Origin: Eledone cirrhosa
Lineage: Eukaryota
Length of the DNA: 64,000 nucleotides
Assembly (NCBI GenBank): GCA_964016885.1
Contig: OZ024741.1
Coordinates: 159,712,001 to 159,776,000, forward strand
Direction: 5' to 3'
Shown one piece after another: positions 17,459-31,689 of the stretch. The notes below the pieces were generated by a model. That model made no database searches, had not been told where the DNA came from, and saw only the letters and a list, made by a program, of their open reading frames with translations. The translations under genes were made by a program, and so were the position numbers. How positions within the stretch are numbered: position 1 is the stretch's first letter; each line of letters opens with the position of its first letter.

Positions 17459-17701
17459 GTGTGTGTGTGTGTTTGTGTGTGTGTGAATATATCTATATAT
17501 ATATCTGTGTGTGTGTGTGTCTGCGTACGAGTGGTTGTGCGAGTGTATGTGTGCATGTGTATGTCTGTGTGTGTTTGTGTGTATGATGAGGGCGAAACAA
17601 ATCGAGTGATCGCAGATACAAAACAACAATGGCGGGTTTACCGGCGGTGATGAAGGAAAAACAAAACGACATACACACATACACAGGCTCACAGACACGC
17701 A

Positions 17702-17742
<41 letters not shown>

Positions 17743-17820
17743 GTATGTGTGTGTGTATGTATGTATTATGTAAATACGTATGTATGTGTGTATATATTTG
17801 TGTATGCTTGTATATGTATA

Positions 17821-17878
<58 letters not shown>

Positions 17879-17910
17879 CACAGACACATATATATATATA
17901 TGTGTCTGTG

Positions 17911-17978
<68 letters not shown>

Positions 17979-17982
17979 CATA

Positions 17983-18055
<73 letters not shown>

Positions 18056-18441
18056 TGTATAATACGCCATGTTTGGTTATCAGTTAGAGAGTTAACCTCG
18101 TAAGAAAGAATCAATGAAATAATTTTACCAAAGAGAAAGAAAAAAGTGCAAAGTCTATCGAAGACTATTTTTTATGTTAGGTCAAAATTAGCCAGAAGTT
18201 ACATATGTATATGTCTATATGTAGATGTATGTGTAAACACACTCTCCCACACACGCACACACACACCGACACACATACACATACACGCACACAGATACAC
18301 ACAGACAAACATATATATTTATATATATGAATATGTATATACATATATGTAAACATATACATATAATATAAAAAATATATATATGTTTATATATATGAAT
18401 GCATATATATATATATATATATATATATGCATTCATATATC

Positions 18442-18472
<31 letters not shown>

Positions 18473-18555
18473 CATATATATATATATGCAATCATATATA
18501 TATATATACATTATATTATATGTATATAATATAATATATATATATGCATAGATGT

Positions 18556-18593
<38 letters not shown>

Positions 18594-18613
18594 ACACCCA
18601 CACACACACACAC

Positions 18614-18675
<62 letters not shown>

Positions 18676-18996
18676 GCATGTGTATGTACGTAAATATGTG
18701 TGTAAATATATGTGTTTACTTGCATGCGTATTTGAGTCTACATTGTTCATATTTTTTTCAGAAATATTTCACTAAGAACATAGTTAATTGAATAGTGTTT
18801 TCTAAAGAGATGTTTAACTATTGCTGATAAGGTAGATAGGTAGATATATAGATAGGTATATACACATATATATAAACAACTATATAAACAACTATATAAA
18901 CAACTATATATATATATATATATATAGTTGTTTACCATATATATATATAGTTGTTTATATATATGTATATATAAGACGTATATATGTATATGTTTA

Positions 18997-19040
<44 letters not shown>

Positions 19041-19077
19041 TATGAACATACACACACACACACATATATATATATAT

Positions 19078-19120
<43 letters not shown>

Positions 19121-19639
19121 CATATCTATATTTATATACGTATGTGTGTGTATATACATATATGTATACATACTGTATATGTATACATATACAGTATGTA
19201 TATACATGTATGGATATATACACACATTCTGACATAATCGCAAATAAACATTACCAGCTCGGTATTTGATAAACTTGTAACCACTGCAGTCTTCTATAAA
19301 ACCATATACACACCACTGTGATATTTGAACAAGTTGTATACACACCTGCTGCATCTTATTTGATAAAACTATATATACCATCCTGGTATTTAATAAACCT
19401 GTATACAACCACAGCAGTATATGAGAACATTGTAAACAAATTACATTGCTCTATACAGCAATGTAATATTTGTTAAGATTCTATATGCCAGTGCAGTGAG
19501 TGATAAATTTGATAATCTTATATTCACCATAACTATATTTGATAAATTTGTATATACTATTGGAGTAAGAAATGAAGAATCGTATATAAAGCCGTATATA
19601 TTTGCTGACGTCTTCTATCTATCTATCTATCTATCTAGC

Positions 19640-20142
19640 TACCAGACTCTTTCAAAAACGAAAGAGAGGCGGTTTTCCTCTGTACGGTGGCTATGGTGAA
19701 AGAAGTTATATGGTGGACGAGGTTGAGAGGACTGAGGACAGATGCCTTTCTCTCCGGACAACAATTGATTCCCTTCTTTAAGTATCACTTTAGAAGGAGA
19801 ATCAGGGTGGAGAGAGAGGCACTGCACCCCAGTAAATTTACTGAAAGGTGGGTGAATGAAGCGAAAATGGCCCGAGTGATTGGGCCTTCTCTGTTTATAA
19901 GCCTGTAGGGTGAGGAAGAGAGCAAAAGGAAGAAAGGAGCACTTGCACAACACGCTCCTCGAGTTGAAGGTTGTTCTATCGACGGGGTATTAAACAACCC
20001 ATTTCTGGCGCCTCCCCCCTATTGGGGATTTCGATTGTTGAAATTGTTTGTTTTTATATTTTTTACACGACTGTATGTAAAATCCCCGGCATGTCTTTGT
20101 ATTGTCCCCTTTCTTGTTGCGCCCTTGTGGCTAATAAAGAAA
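19640..20142 (+). mobile_element. 5'-truncated Tx1-clade LINE (ORF2 end + 3' UTR)
   Basis: MVKEVIWWTRLRGL...HPSKFTERW homologous to 25700-25920; ends GTGGCTAATAAAGAAAT followed by (ATCT)n. Confidence 0.9.
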
Positions 20143-20164
20143 TCTATCTATCTATCTATCTATC

Positions 20165-20279
20165 TTTTTATTTTTATATATTGTTATTGCCTCCTCCCTA
20201 TTGAGGACGCCTTGTTTTGTAAACTCCCCCCATTGTACTTGTCCCACTTTTGATGCCCTTGTGGCAAATAAAAGAAACA

Positions 20280-20280
<1 letters not shown>
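20165..20280 (+). mobile_element. Tx1 3'-UTR-only fragment
   Basis: Ends CCCTTGTGGCAAATAAAAGAAACAT followed by (ATCT)n. Confidence 0.7.
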
Positions 20281-20352
<72 letters not shown>

Positions 20353-20576
20353 CTCTATCAGACGTGTGTAACTTCGCGGAGAAGTTTCCGTTAATTTATG
20401 TAAGAAAAAAACGTGAGTTTTTAGTTAAATTTTATATCATTGTGTAACTTGACCACCCGTCTGGACCTTCAGGTGGTGGGTCAACTCATTTTCGCCCCTA
20501 CAGGGGCGGAATATCCATTTGAAAATTTTTTCTCCATCGAATCTTGGAAAAAATATTGTAAAATTTTGATTACGTT

Positions 20577-22478
20577 ATGAACGCTGCGTCCAACGATAAT
20601 GGTGGTGGAGAGGCGGTAAGACTACCAAGCTCGCAGTCAACAACGTCTTCTTCACTAGATACTATAGAGATGGAAAGACGAAATGAAAACGTAAAAACGA
20701 ATTCATATTCAAACAACACAAATGACACCAAACAATTCAATGACAACAAAAATAGCAGCAACACCAATAATGATGATAAAAGCAACAATGATAACAACAA
20801 AGAAAAAAATAAAGACAACACCAATAACACCAGCATCAAAGACAACAACAACACCAAGGAAAATACGGATAATACCAACATCGGTGACAACAACAATAAC
20901 AACAATAATGACAACACCACCAATACGGATTCCACAAAGAAACCAAAAATTTCCTTTGCAGAGAAAGTTAAAAAAAAGGAAGAATTGATATATCTCGACA
21001 TAACAAATGCTGAACAACTTTTAAAGGACGCTAGGAGATATGTCAGTTTCGAAAAAAATGGTGCTTTCAGCATCAATTCTCCGGTAGAAATTCGCAAGGA
21101 AACTGCTCTCAAAACGATGGTTTTTAGGACAGTTTCCAATTCTACCCGAAAACCAGTCCAATTGTCACAGAAAGAAATTGAACTGGTTTTCAAAAATTCA
21201 ATGAATGATATTGCATTCATTCAAAGAAGCAAACTTTTTGGGAGTATTTCGGTACTCATGAAGGATCAATTGACGGCCCAAAACTACTCTGTGTCGCCAA
21301 TTGTATCCAACCTGTACACCCTTTTCCCTACATACATGGGAAAAAGGACACAAAAGATCAGAATCACGAGTGTCACACCAAAGGTGAACATATGGTGGAT
21401 ACTGTGCGGCTTCATCAATTTTGATGAAGACAGAATACTGTCAGTAGGCAAGTCCCCCAGAGATGTATTCAATGGGACTAGCATTGAAGTTCTGGTGCAA
21501 ATGAGCCCAGAGCGAATAGCTATGATCCCACAGCGTGTACTCCTGGACGGACTCACCTACATAAACTTTTCGGTTGAGGGTAGGCGGCCTTCATGTTACC
21601 ATTGCTTTAGCAGGGGTCACCTGAGTTCTTCCTGTTCTAAATTAATGAACCCAAAAAAGGCTCTTCTGCCGACACCCATCAAAACAACACAACCACCAAC
21701 ACCACCACAACAACAACAACACCAACACACAAAAATAACCACAACAAACACAGTCCCACCCAACCCCACTCCACCTAAAACAACTGCAAAATCACATACA
21801 GACACAACAGCTCCCCAAGACATACCCCTCCCCAATCACACAGACGATACAACAGATGAGGCTATCTTGCCATCACCCAGTGAAGACGAGGGAGAACCCC
21901 ATCGCTCGAAAAGAAAGAAAAGACATCACAAAAGCAAAAAACCAGCAAACACTACCACAAACATACAACCACCAACACAAACAACAAAAACATCACAAAC
22001 AAAACCCCCACCTCCTGAAAACAAAATACCTACAACAAAACGAAAGCACACACAAGAACTACAGACAAAAACAAACACAACACAAGAAAATTATACTTAC
22101 ACTTACATAAACACTGAAAACAAAACACTAATGGAGACCATCACGAACGACCCTTCGGTGAAAACCGAAGGGAAAACTTTCGCCCACTCTATTAAAAATA
22201 GCAATAAACTGAACCTAAAACTGATTAGGGTCCCTATACAAACTTATAGGTCCCTAAAAGAAACATTTGAGAAGGATGTGGGTAATTCCTGCGTGAAACC
22301 ACTCAACCGCGTCCTTCTCAAATGTCTCCCCACCCCAGACACCGCCATCCCACCAGACCCCACCCCACCAAACATCTGCGTCCCCACCCCGCCGGAAACC
22401 ACCACCCATCCAGACAACCCCTCCAACACCCCCATGGAAATCGTGCGGTCTGGTCGCCAGGAGGCGAAGGGTGAGTGA
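20577..22478 (+). CDS. Tx1 ORF1 (gag-like, zinc knuckle), 633 aa
   Basis: Intact ORF with CYHCFSRGHLSSSC (CX2CX4HX4C); Asn-rich N-terminus and Pro/Thr-rich C-terminus; homologous to copy B ORF1. Confidence 0.85.
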   Translation: MNAASNDNGGGEAVRLPSSQSTTSSSLDTIEMERRNENVKTNSYSNNTNDTKQFNDNKNSSNTNNDDKSNNDNNKEKNKDNTNNTSIKDNNNTKENTDNTNIGDNNNNNNNDNTTNTDSTKKPKISFAEKVKKKEELIYLDITNAEQLLKDARRYVSFEKNGAFSINSPVEIRKETALKTMVFRTVSNSTRKPVQLSQKEIELVFKNSMNDIAFIQRSKLFGSISVLMKDQLTAQNYSVSPIVSNLYTLFPTYMGKRTQKIRITSVTPKVNIWWILCGFINFDEDRILSVGKSPRDVFNGTSIEVLVQMSPERIAMIPQRVLLDGLTYINFSVEGRRPSCYHCFSRGHLSSSCSKLMNPKKALLPTPIKTTQPPTPPQQQQHQHTKITTTNTVPPNPTPPKTTAKSHTDTTAPQDIPLPNHTDDTTDEAILPSPSEDEGEPHRSKRKKRHHKSKKPANTTTNIQPPTQTTKTSQTKPPPPENKIPTTKRKHTQELQTKTNTTQENYTYTYINTENKTLMETITNDPSVKTEGKTFAHSIKNSNKLNLKLIRVPIQTYRSLKETFEKDVGNSCVKPLNRVLLKCLPTPDTAIPPDPTPPNICVPTPPETTTHPDNPSNTPMEIVRSGRQEAKGE

Positions 22479-22511
22479 TCTCTTTTCCTCTTTTAACTTT
22501 TCAGCACCAAC

Positions 22512-25500
22512 ATGGCCAATATAAGAGTTGGATGTGTGAACGTACGCGGCCTGGGGATGCCCTGGAAACAGGGCAAACTCTTAAACGACCTCAGGTCGCA
22601 CAGTATGGATGTGGTAGCCATTTGCGAGTCCAGGATCCACGGCGAACGACAGCTGGCCCCCATCTTCGATGACTTTGAGATCTACGCATCTCTCTGTCAA
22701 CTGGGGGTGGGGGCGGAGATGCCGTTTTGCTGCGGAAACACCTGGGCCTCGTAACACAGACGGTACATCTGGACCCGGAGGGTCGACTGGTGGTCCTAGA
22801 CGTTGACGGTAGTGAAGGTGGAGCCTTCAGGCTGGTGGCCGCATATGCCCCATCCGGGACACCGCGGCCAGACTTCTTCAAACGTCTAGAGACTTTTCAG
22901 GGAACGTCCCGTTCCTTGCTTTTAGTGGGGGACTAGAATGGAATCCTAGATGCACGTTGGGACTATGTGGGAGCATGTCCCGATAAAGGGGGGGGGGGTA
23001 TAACAGCCTCAAACAGTTAATCGACCGATTTGACCTGGCCGATAGATATCAACTAGATTTTCCGACTGCGCCACTGTGGACGTGGAGTAATCGTAGCGGA
23101 ACATCTAGATCGTACCTAGATAGGGTTCTAGTTAGAAATAAGGATAGGGACATGTTAAGCTGTCCACAAATGTTCATGGTTGCCTATTCAGATCACAAAC
23201 TAGTGACCTGCATGGCCAACCTTGATAGAACCCATAGACAAGGACCCGGCTACTGGAAGCTGAACTTGTCGTTACCGACAAGCAAAGCCTACAGTAGACG
23301 GATTAGCACTTTAGTTAAACAGCACTTGACAGGGGCCATTGTCAACAACAGATGGTGGTACTCTCTCAAGAGGGCAGTTAGATTAGACTCGATAGTTTTT
23401 AGTAAAGAATTAGCGTTAGATATAAATAGAACCGAGAAGGAACTGGTAGATAAAGTAGAAGAGGCAATTAGAAGTGGCAACGTAGCCAGCGTGCTAGCAA
23501 CGAGAACGGCCTTGGACCAGTTCTTCGACGCAAAGCACGAGGGCTGCGTTGTCAGAAGCAAAATACGTGCTCTAGGAAACGAGGGAACCAAAGCTGTTAG
23601 CTGGGCCCGAGTGACGGAGGCAAAAAGTGGCAACAAGTCCACGATTCGGTCTTTGAAGGACCAAAACGGACGCATGATACGTGAGCCGATGCAGATGTGT
23701 GCGGCTTTTCAGCGGCACTTTGCTCAGCTGTTCGGGGGGGGGGGGGGAGAGGCTATGGATTTCGCTCCATACCTCGACGAACTACCGCGACTCTCGGACA
23801 GCGAGGCAAAGTTCTGCGAAAAGCCGATTTCACCCACTGAGATAGGGGACGCGCTGAGCCAATGTGGCAAACGCAAATCTCCAGGTCTCGACTGTCTACC
23901 CTACGAATTTTACGTAGCAATGCCGGACTTATTCTCCGGTCTCCTGGAAGCGGTCTACTGCAACTGGCAACAGAACGGGAGAATTCCCAGTTCTGTAACC
24001 GGGGGCGTGATCACACTAATCAGGAAGGACGAGAATAAGAGGGATGACATAGGCAACTTCCGGCCCATAACTCTGCTAAACACAGAGTTACAGATTTTGG
24101 CCAAGGTGTTGGCAAAGAGGCTGGCGCTTGTCGTCGAGAACCTGGTGGGAGAAGCGCAGACATGCGCAATCCCGACCAGGTCCATACACGACAACCTCCA
24201 CCTCATGCGATACATCATAGAGAGGGTAGGGTGTAAACCCGGCTTCGGTGGGGCCCTGATCAACTTGGATCAGTCTAAGTCTTTCGATAGGGTTGACCAT
24301 CGTTACCTGGATGCGGTGCTCGAGGCGGCAGGCTTCGGACCCGTGTTCAGGGGCTGGATTGCTGCAATGCACAACAGCAACATCTGCTCAAGGGTCAAGG
24401 TGAACGGCTACCTCTCGGAGCCGTTCCATATTACGCGATCCATTCTGTACGTACTGACTCTCGAGCCACTACTGCGGAAGTTGGAGCTATTGCAGGGCAT
24501 CCCTCTGGAACCGGGACTGCGGAAAGCGGCGTCGGCCTACGCCGACGACGTGACAGTAATGGTGTCGAGCGCCTCGCAAATCGAGGAAGTCGCCACCTTA
24601 CTGAAGGAATACGAAAGTTTCACAGGAGCGAAGCTGAACCGGGACAAGTCCATCGGTTTGCAACTCGGATCGTGGAGAGGCAAACTGATGCCTTCCGATG
24701 GCGTCGTCGGACGCTGGACGGAAGGACCGGTAAAACTGCTCGGGGTCTGGTTTGGTCCGGACCTCCAGGTGGAGAAGAACTGGAACGAAGTGACGGCCAA
24801 GGTGTTTGCACTTACCCAGAAGTGGGCCGAGTGCAAACTATCCTTGAAAGGTCGAGCGGAGGTGGCGAACACTTTTATAGCGTCCGCCATCTACTACCGC
24901 TTGACCGTCGTGCCTTGTCCAGCCAAAACGCTCGGCAAAATGGAACGCGCGCTCTTCCGATTCCTTTGGAAGAGGCGGGCTCCTTTGGTCAGAAGATCCA
25001 TCTGCTGCCAACACCCTTCTAACGGAGGGCTGGGGATGCCGTGGTTGACGATGCGCAAACACGCGCTCAGGCTGCGGCATCTCTACGTATTCCTCACCGG
25101 ACAACCGGTGTGGGCCCCGTTCGTGAGGCGAGCCTTCCCACGACTCGTCTCGCTGACCGAGCTGCAGTCCTGGGTCAAGCAAAGACCGAGGAAAATGGGC
25201 GACTGGCACATCGAATGTGCTCAGGCGCTCATAGCCCTCTGGCAGGCGGACCCGGCGATCAGTGGAGACTCCACTTCGTCATTCTATAGAGGGTTGATCC
25301 GCAGCAAGTGCGACGACGCGCTCGGTGAAACTCTAGGCGTAGAGGAAGATGAACTGGCCAGTCTGTTCGGTAGGACCTTCCGCCCGGGACCGATGGACAA
25401 CTTCCAAAAGTCCCTGGCCTGGCAGTGCTACCGAGGAGCTCTACCAGTTCGAGACAAGCTCTACAGACATGGGCGCCCGGGCAGGGACCCTGCAAAAAAG

Positions 25501-25920
25501 ATCTGTCCGAGGTGCGTGCGAGACGAAGAAACCGTCGCGCTCGCATTCATATACTGCCCGGGCGTCACTGACCTGTGGGGCTATGTAGAACGACTATTGT
25601 CGCGGGTGGGACCAATCCAGTTGACCACCGAGTCCATTGTCATGATCAAACCGCCACCCTCCTTCAAAAACGAAGGAGAGGCGGTTTTCCTTTGTGTGAT
25701 AGCTATGGCGAAAGAGGTTGTATGGTGAACAAGGTTGAAAGGGCTGAGGTCAGACACCTTTCTCTCTGGCCAACAACTGATTCTTTTTTTCAAATACCAC
25801 TTTGGAAGAAGAATCAGGATGGAGAGAGAGGTGCTGTACCCCAGCAAGTTTTATGAAAGGTGGGTGAAAGTGGCGAGAATGGCCCGAGTGAATGGGCCTT
25901 CTCTCTATATCAGCCTGTAG
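22512..25920 (+). pseudogene. Tx1 ORF2 (APE endonuclease + reverse transcriptase), disrupted
   Basis: Motifs NVRGL, YAP, VGD*, SDHK, KSPGLD, FRPITLLN, KSFDRV, YADD. Frameshifts or stops near 22720, 22936 and 25728. RT motif VRQGCPLS is deleted. Confidence 0.9.
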
Positions 25921-26165
25921 GTTGAGGAAAAGGAGGAGGAGAGGAAAGGAGCACAAACTCTTCGTACTCCTGGAGATGAGGGTTGCACATTTTTTTTCGG
26001 GGGTATGTGTTACCCATATAAACTGTCTCCATCTATTGGGGAAAATCGACTAACTTTTTAAATTCCATTTGTGATAACATTTTACACGTTTATATTGTAT
26101 GTAAACTTCCCCCTTTGTATTTGTCCCCTTCTTTTCTGCCCCTGTGGCTAATAAAGAAACATATC

Positions 26166-26225
<60 letters not shown>

Positions 26226-26499
26226 CCTCTCTCTCTCTCTCTACCTATCTATCTATCTATAAACAAACTGACACAATTTGTAGCAAGGCTAGATCGATTT
26301 GAAAGGCTTCCATACAATTTCCCTCAATCCAATTTCACTCATCGGGCATATGTATTCACACACACACACAAATACACACATGTTCACATACACACACACA
26401 CAGAGGCTGATAGTTAGATACATATACATACACGTGATAGAAGTCGGAAATAGATAAATAGGTAGACAATTAGACATAAGATGGGGGTGGGGGGAGTAG

Positions 26500-26567
<68 letters not shown>

Positions 26568-26789
26568 ACAGACTAGCAAGTAGATAGCCAGAGATACAGA
26601 CAAATGAGTTATCAGATAGACAGATAGATATACATGAGATGGGAGGCGAAGACAGACAGTTATGTTGATATACAGGCTGAGAGACAAGCAAGCAGAGAGT
26701 TAGATAGACAGACATATCAACAGACAAGAAGTTAGTTAAACAGACAGATAGACAAATGAATTGATAGACCGACAGACATACAGGAGGTG

Positions 26790-29700
26790 GAAGACGTTGG
26801 CAGATAGAGTGTTAGACAGAGTGACAGACATATATGGGATGGGAGACGTTGACAGACAGAGTGTTAGACAGAGTGACAGACATATATGGGATGGGAGACG
26901 TTGACAGACAGAGTGTTAGACAGAGTGACAGACATATATGGGATGGGAGACGTTGACAGATAGAGAGTTAGACAGAGTGACAGAAATATATGGGATGGGA
27001 GACGTTGACAGACAGAGAGTTAGACAGAGTGATAGAAATATATGGGATGGGAGACGTTGACAGACAGAGAGTTAGACAGAGTGACAGACATATATGGGAT
27101 GGGAGACGTTGAGAGACAGAGAGTTAGACAGAGTGACAGACATATATGGGATGGGAGACGTTGACAGACAGAGAGTTAGACAGAGTGACAGAAATATATG
27201 GGATGGGAGACGTTGACAGATAGAGAGTTAGACAGAGTGACAGAAATATATGGGATGGGAGACGTTGACAGACAGAGAGTTAGACAGAGTGACAGACATA
27301 TATGGGATGGGAGACGTTGACAGACAGAGAGTTAGACAGAGTGACAGACATATATGGGATGGGAGACGTTGACAGACAGAGAGTTAGACAGAGTGACAGA
27401 CATATATGGGATGGGAGACGTTGACAGACAGAGAGTTAGACAGAGTGACAGACATATATGGGATGGGAGACGTTGACAGACAGAGAGTTAGACAGAGTGA
27501 CAGACATATATGGGATGGGAGACGTTGACAGACAGAGAGTTAGACAGAGTGACAGACATATATGGGATGGGAGACGTTGACAGATAGAGAGTTAGACAGA
27601 GTGACAGACATATATGGGATGGGAGACGTTGACAGACAGAGAGTTAGACAGAGTGACAGACATATATGGGATGGGAGACGTTGACAGAAAGAGAGTTAGA
27701 CAGAGTGACAGACATATATGGGATGGGAGACGTTGACAGACAGAGGGTTAGACAGAGTGACAGACATATATGGGATGGGAGACGTTGACAGACAGAGAGT
27801 TAGACAGAGTGACAGACATATATGGGATGGGAGACGTTGACAGACAGAGTGTTAGACAGAGTGACAGACATATATAGGATGGGAGACGTTGACAGACAGA
27901 GTGTTAGACAGAGTGACAGACATATATGGGATGGGAGACGTTGGCAGACAGAGAGTTAGACAGAGTGACAGAAATATATGGGATGGGAGACGTTGACAGA
28001 CAGAGAGTTAGACAGAGTGACAGACACATATGGGATGGGAGACGTTGACAGACAGAGTGTTAGACAGAGTGACAGACATATATGGGATGGGAGACGTTGG
28101 CAGACAGAGAGTTAGACAGAGTGACAGAAATATATGGGATGGGAGACGTTGACAGACAGAGAGTTAGACAGAGTGACAGAAATATATGGGAGACGTTGGC
28201 AGACAGAGAGTTAGACAGAGTGACAGAAATATATGGGATGGGAGACGTTGAGAGACAGAGAGTTAGACAGAGTGATAGACATATATGGGATGGGAGACGT
28301 TGACAGACAGAGAGTTAGACAGAGTGACAGACATATATGGGATGGGAGACGTTGACAGACAGAGAGTTAGACAGAGTGACAGACATATATGGGATGGGAG
28401 ACGTTGACAGACATAGAGTTAGACAGAGTGACAGACATATATGGGATGGGAGACGTTGACAGACAGAGAGTTAGACAGAGTGACAGACATATATGGGATG
28501 GGAGACGTTGACAGACAGAGAGTTAGACAGAGTGACAGACATATATGGGATGGGAGACGTTGACAGATAGAGAGTTAGACAGAGTGACAGACATATATGG
28601 GATGGGAGACGTTGACAGACAGAGAGTTAGACAGAGTGACAGACATATATGGGATGGGAGACGTTGACAGAAAGAGAGTTAGACAGAGTGACAGACATAT
28701 ATGGGATGGGAGACGTTGACAGACAGAGGGTTAGACAGAGTGACAGACATATATGGGATGGGAGACGTTGACAGACAGAGAGTTAGACAGAGTGACAGAC
28801 ATATATGGGATGGGAGACGTTGACAGACAGAGTGTTAGACAGAGTGACAGACATATATGGGATGGGAGACGTTGACAGACAGAGTGTTAGACAGAGTGAC
28901 AGACATATATGGGATGGGAGACGTTGGCAGACAGAGAGTTAGACAGAGTGACAGAAATATATGGGATGGGAGACGTTGACAGACAGAGAGTTAGACAGAG
29001 TGACAGACATATATGGGATGGGAGACGTTGACAGACAGAGTGTTAGACAGAGTGACAGACATATATGGGATGGGAGACGTTGGCAGACAGAGAGTTAGAC
29101 AGAGTGACAGAAATATATGGGATGGGAGACGTTGACAGACAGAGAGTTAGACAGAGTGACAGAAATATATGGGAGACGTTGGCAGACAGAGAGTTAGACA
29201 GAGTGACAGAAATATATGGGATGGGAGACGTTGAGAGACAGAGAGTTAGACAGAGTGATAGACATATATGGGATGGGAGACGTTGACAGACAGAGTGTTA
29301 GACAGAGTGACAGACATATATGGGATGGGAGACGTTGACAGACAGAGTGTTTGACAGAGTGACAGACATATATGGGATGGGAGACGTTGACAGATAGAGA
29401 GTTAGACAGAGTGACAGACATATATGGGAGACGTTGGCAGACAGAGAGTTAGACAGTGACAGACATATATGGGATGGGAGACGTTGACAGACAGAGAGTT
29501 AGACAGAGTGACAGACATATATGGGATGGGAGACGTTGACAGACAGAGAGTTAGACAGAGTGACAGACATATATGGGATGGGAGACGTTGACAGACAGAG
29601 AGTTAGACAGAGTGACAGACATATATGGGATGGGGGACGTTGAGAGATAGAGAGTTAGACAGAGTGACAGACATATATGGGATGGGAGACGTTGAGAGAC

Positions 29701-30670
29701 AGAGAGTTAGACAGAGTGACAGACATATATGGGATGGGAGACGTTGACAGACAGAGTGACAGACATATATGGGATGGGAGACGTTGACAGACAGAGTGTT
29801 AGACAGAGTGACAGATATATATGGGATGGGAGACGTTGACAGACAGAGAGTTAAACAGAGTGACAGACATATATGGGATGGGAGACGTTGACAGACAGAG
29901 AGTTAGACAGAGTGACAGAAATATATGGGAGACGTTGACAGACAGAGTGTTAGACAGAGTGACAGACATATATGGGATGGGAGACGTTGACAGACAGAGA
30001 GTTAGACAGAGTGACAGAAATATATGGGAGACGTTGACAGACAGAGAGTTAGACAGAGTGACAGACATATATGGGATGGGAGACGTTGGCAGATAGAGAG
30101 TTAGACAGAGTGACAGACATATATGGGATGGGAGACGTTGACAGATAGAGAGTTAGACAGAGTGACAGACATATATGGGATGGGAGACGTTGACAGATAG
30201 AGAGTTAGACAGAGTGACAGACATATATGGGATGGGAGACGTTGGCAGATAGAGAGTTAGACAGAGTGACAGACATATATGGGATGGGAGACGTTGAGAG
30301 ACAGAGAGTTAGACAGAGTGACAGACATATATGGGATGGGAGACGTTGGCAGATAGAGAGTTAGACAGAGTGACAGACATATATGGGATGGGAGACGTTG
30401 ACAGATAGAGAGTTAGACAGAGTGACAGACATATATGGGATGGGAGACGTTGAGAGACAGAGAGTTAGACAGAGTGACAGACATATATGGGATGGGAGAC
30501 GTTGAGAGACAGAGAGTTAGACAGAGTGACAGACATATATGGGATGGGAGACGTTGACAGACAGAGTTTTAAACAGAGTGACAGATATATATGGGATGAG
30601 AGACGTTGAGAGACAGAGTTTTAGACAGAGTGACAGATATATATGGGATGGGAGACGTTGACAGACAGAC
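26790..30670. repeat. 52-bp tandem satellite, ~74 copies
   Basis: Unit GTGACAGACATATATGGGATGGGAGACGTTGACAGACAGAGAGTTAGACAGA. Confidence 0.97.
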
Positions 30671-30949
30671 AAGCAGAAAGTTAGATAGAGAGACAGATAA
30701 TGGATTGTTAGACAGACAGATGGATGGATGGGTAGACAAGCAGATTGATAAACTTACCTGAGATGGGAGACGTATAAAGATATGCAGTTAAACAGTTAGA
30801 CAGAGATGGGATGAGAGACGTTGGCAGACAGATAGACAAGCTGATAGAGAGACTGGCAGGCAGATAAATGGATAATTAAAGAGACAGTTAGATGGGTGGA
30901 TAGGCAGATTGTCAGACAAACTTGAAATGAGAAACGTAGTGAGACTTTC

Positions 30950-31410
30950 TCTACTTCCAACTTAATCGCTTCGGCCCAAAACCCCGGTACTGCGGTCTGC
31001 TTTGCAGAGGAAAGGAAAATAAACAAATACCGGGGGTTGTTCGGCCGCTTCCTCTTCGCATCGGTTGCCGTCGAGACCTCAGGCGTACTTGGACCCCGTA
31101 CTGCCGAGCTCCTCCGCAAGATCGGAACGTCGGCGGCCCGTCTGAGGAAGGAGCCCCGCGAGGTGGGGGTAGCCGTTGCAGCGAGTGTCGCTGACCATTG
31201 TCTGCGGGAAAGCTTTTGGGACTTGTCTGCAATTACCGCCGCGCCCTAGGTCTAGAGCCCATCACTTTCCCTCTTCCCCTCCCCAGTCTTTTGCAGTCTA
31301 GAGCCCTTGCATTTCCCTTCCTTTTCCGTTTTTTAAAAATATTTTCTTATTTTGCATTCCATTCTTTCTTCTCAATCTATTTTTTTTCTTCTTTTACACA
31401 GATAAATATA
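30950..31410 (+). pseudogene. CRE-like (RLE) non-LTR retrotransposon 3' fragment
   Basis: Translates to AEERKINKYRGL, FASVAVETSGVLGP..ELLRKIG and LQRVSLTI; T-rich 3' UTR. Confidence 0.7.
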
Positions 31411-31689
31411 TATACATGGGATAGAAGTTGTATACGAATGTTTGGAACAAGATTTTCGAGAATCATCCGTAAATATTATGGCATATTGATCCTGCTAGTG
31501 TTCCAAAAATGACGTAATGTGAAGAGACGTTACTTTGTAGTTAAACATTCTAACAGCGCTTAATATTTTTGGTGAATGCTTTATATAATCATTTTAGAAG
31601 ATAATAGTTGTAAACAATAGTTCCACACCTATGATTTTCAAGTCATTTTAAAAATGATAAAAACAATTAGTAATATAACTAACCTTCTC

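Larger units (their letters stand above)
20361..26162 (+). mobile_element. Near-full-length Tx1-clade (L1 group) non-LTR retrotransposon, copy A
   Basis: ORF1 with CCHC knuckle; ORF2 with APE endonuclease, RT (YADD) and C-terminal Cys motif; 3' AATAAA followed by microsatellite. Confidence 0.93.
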
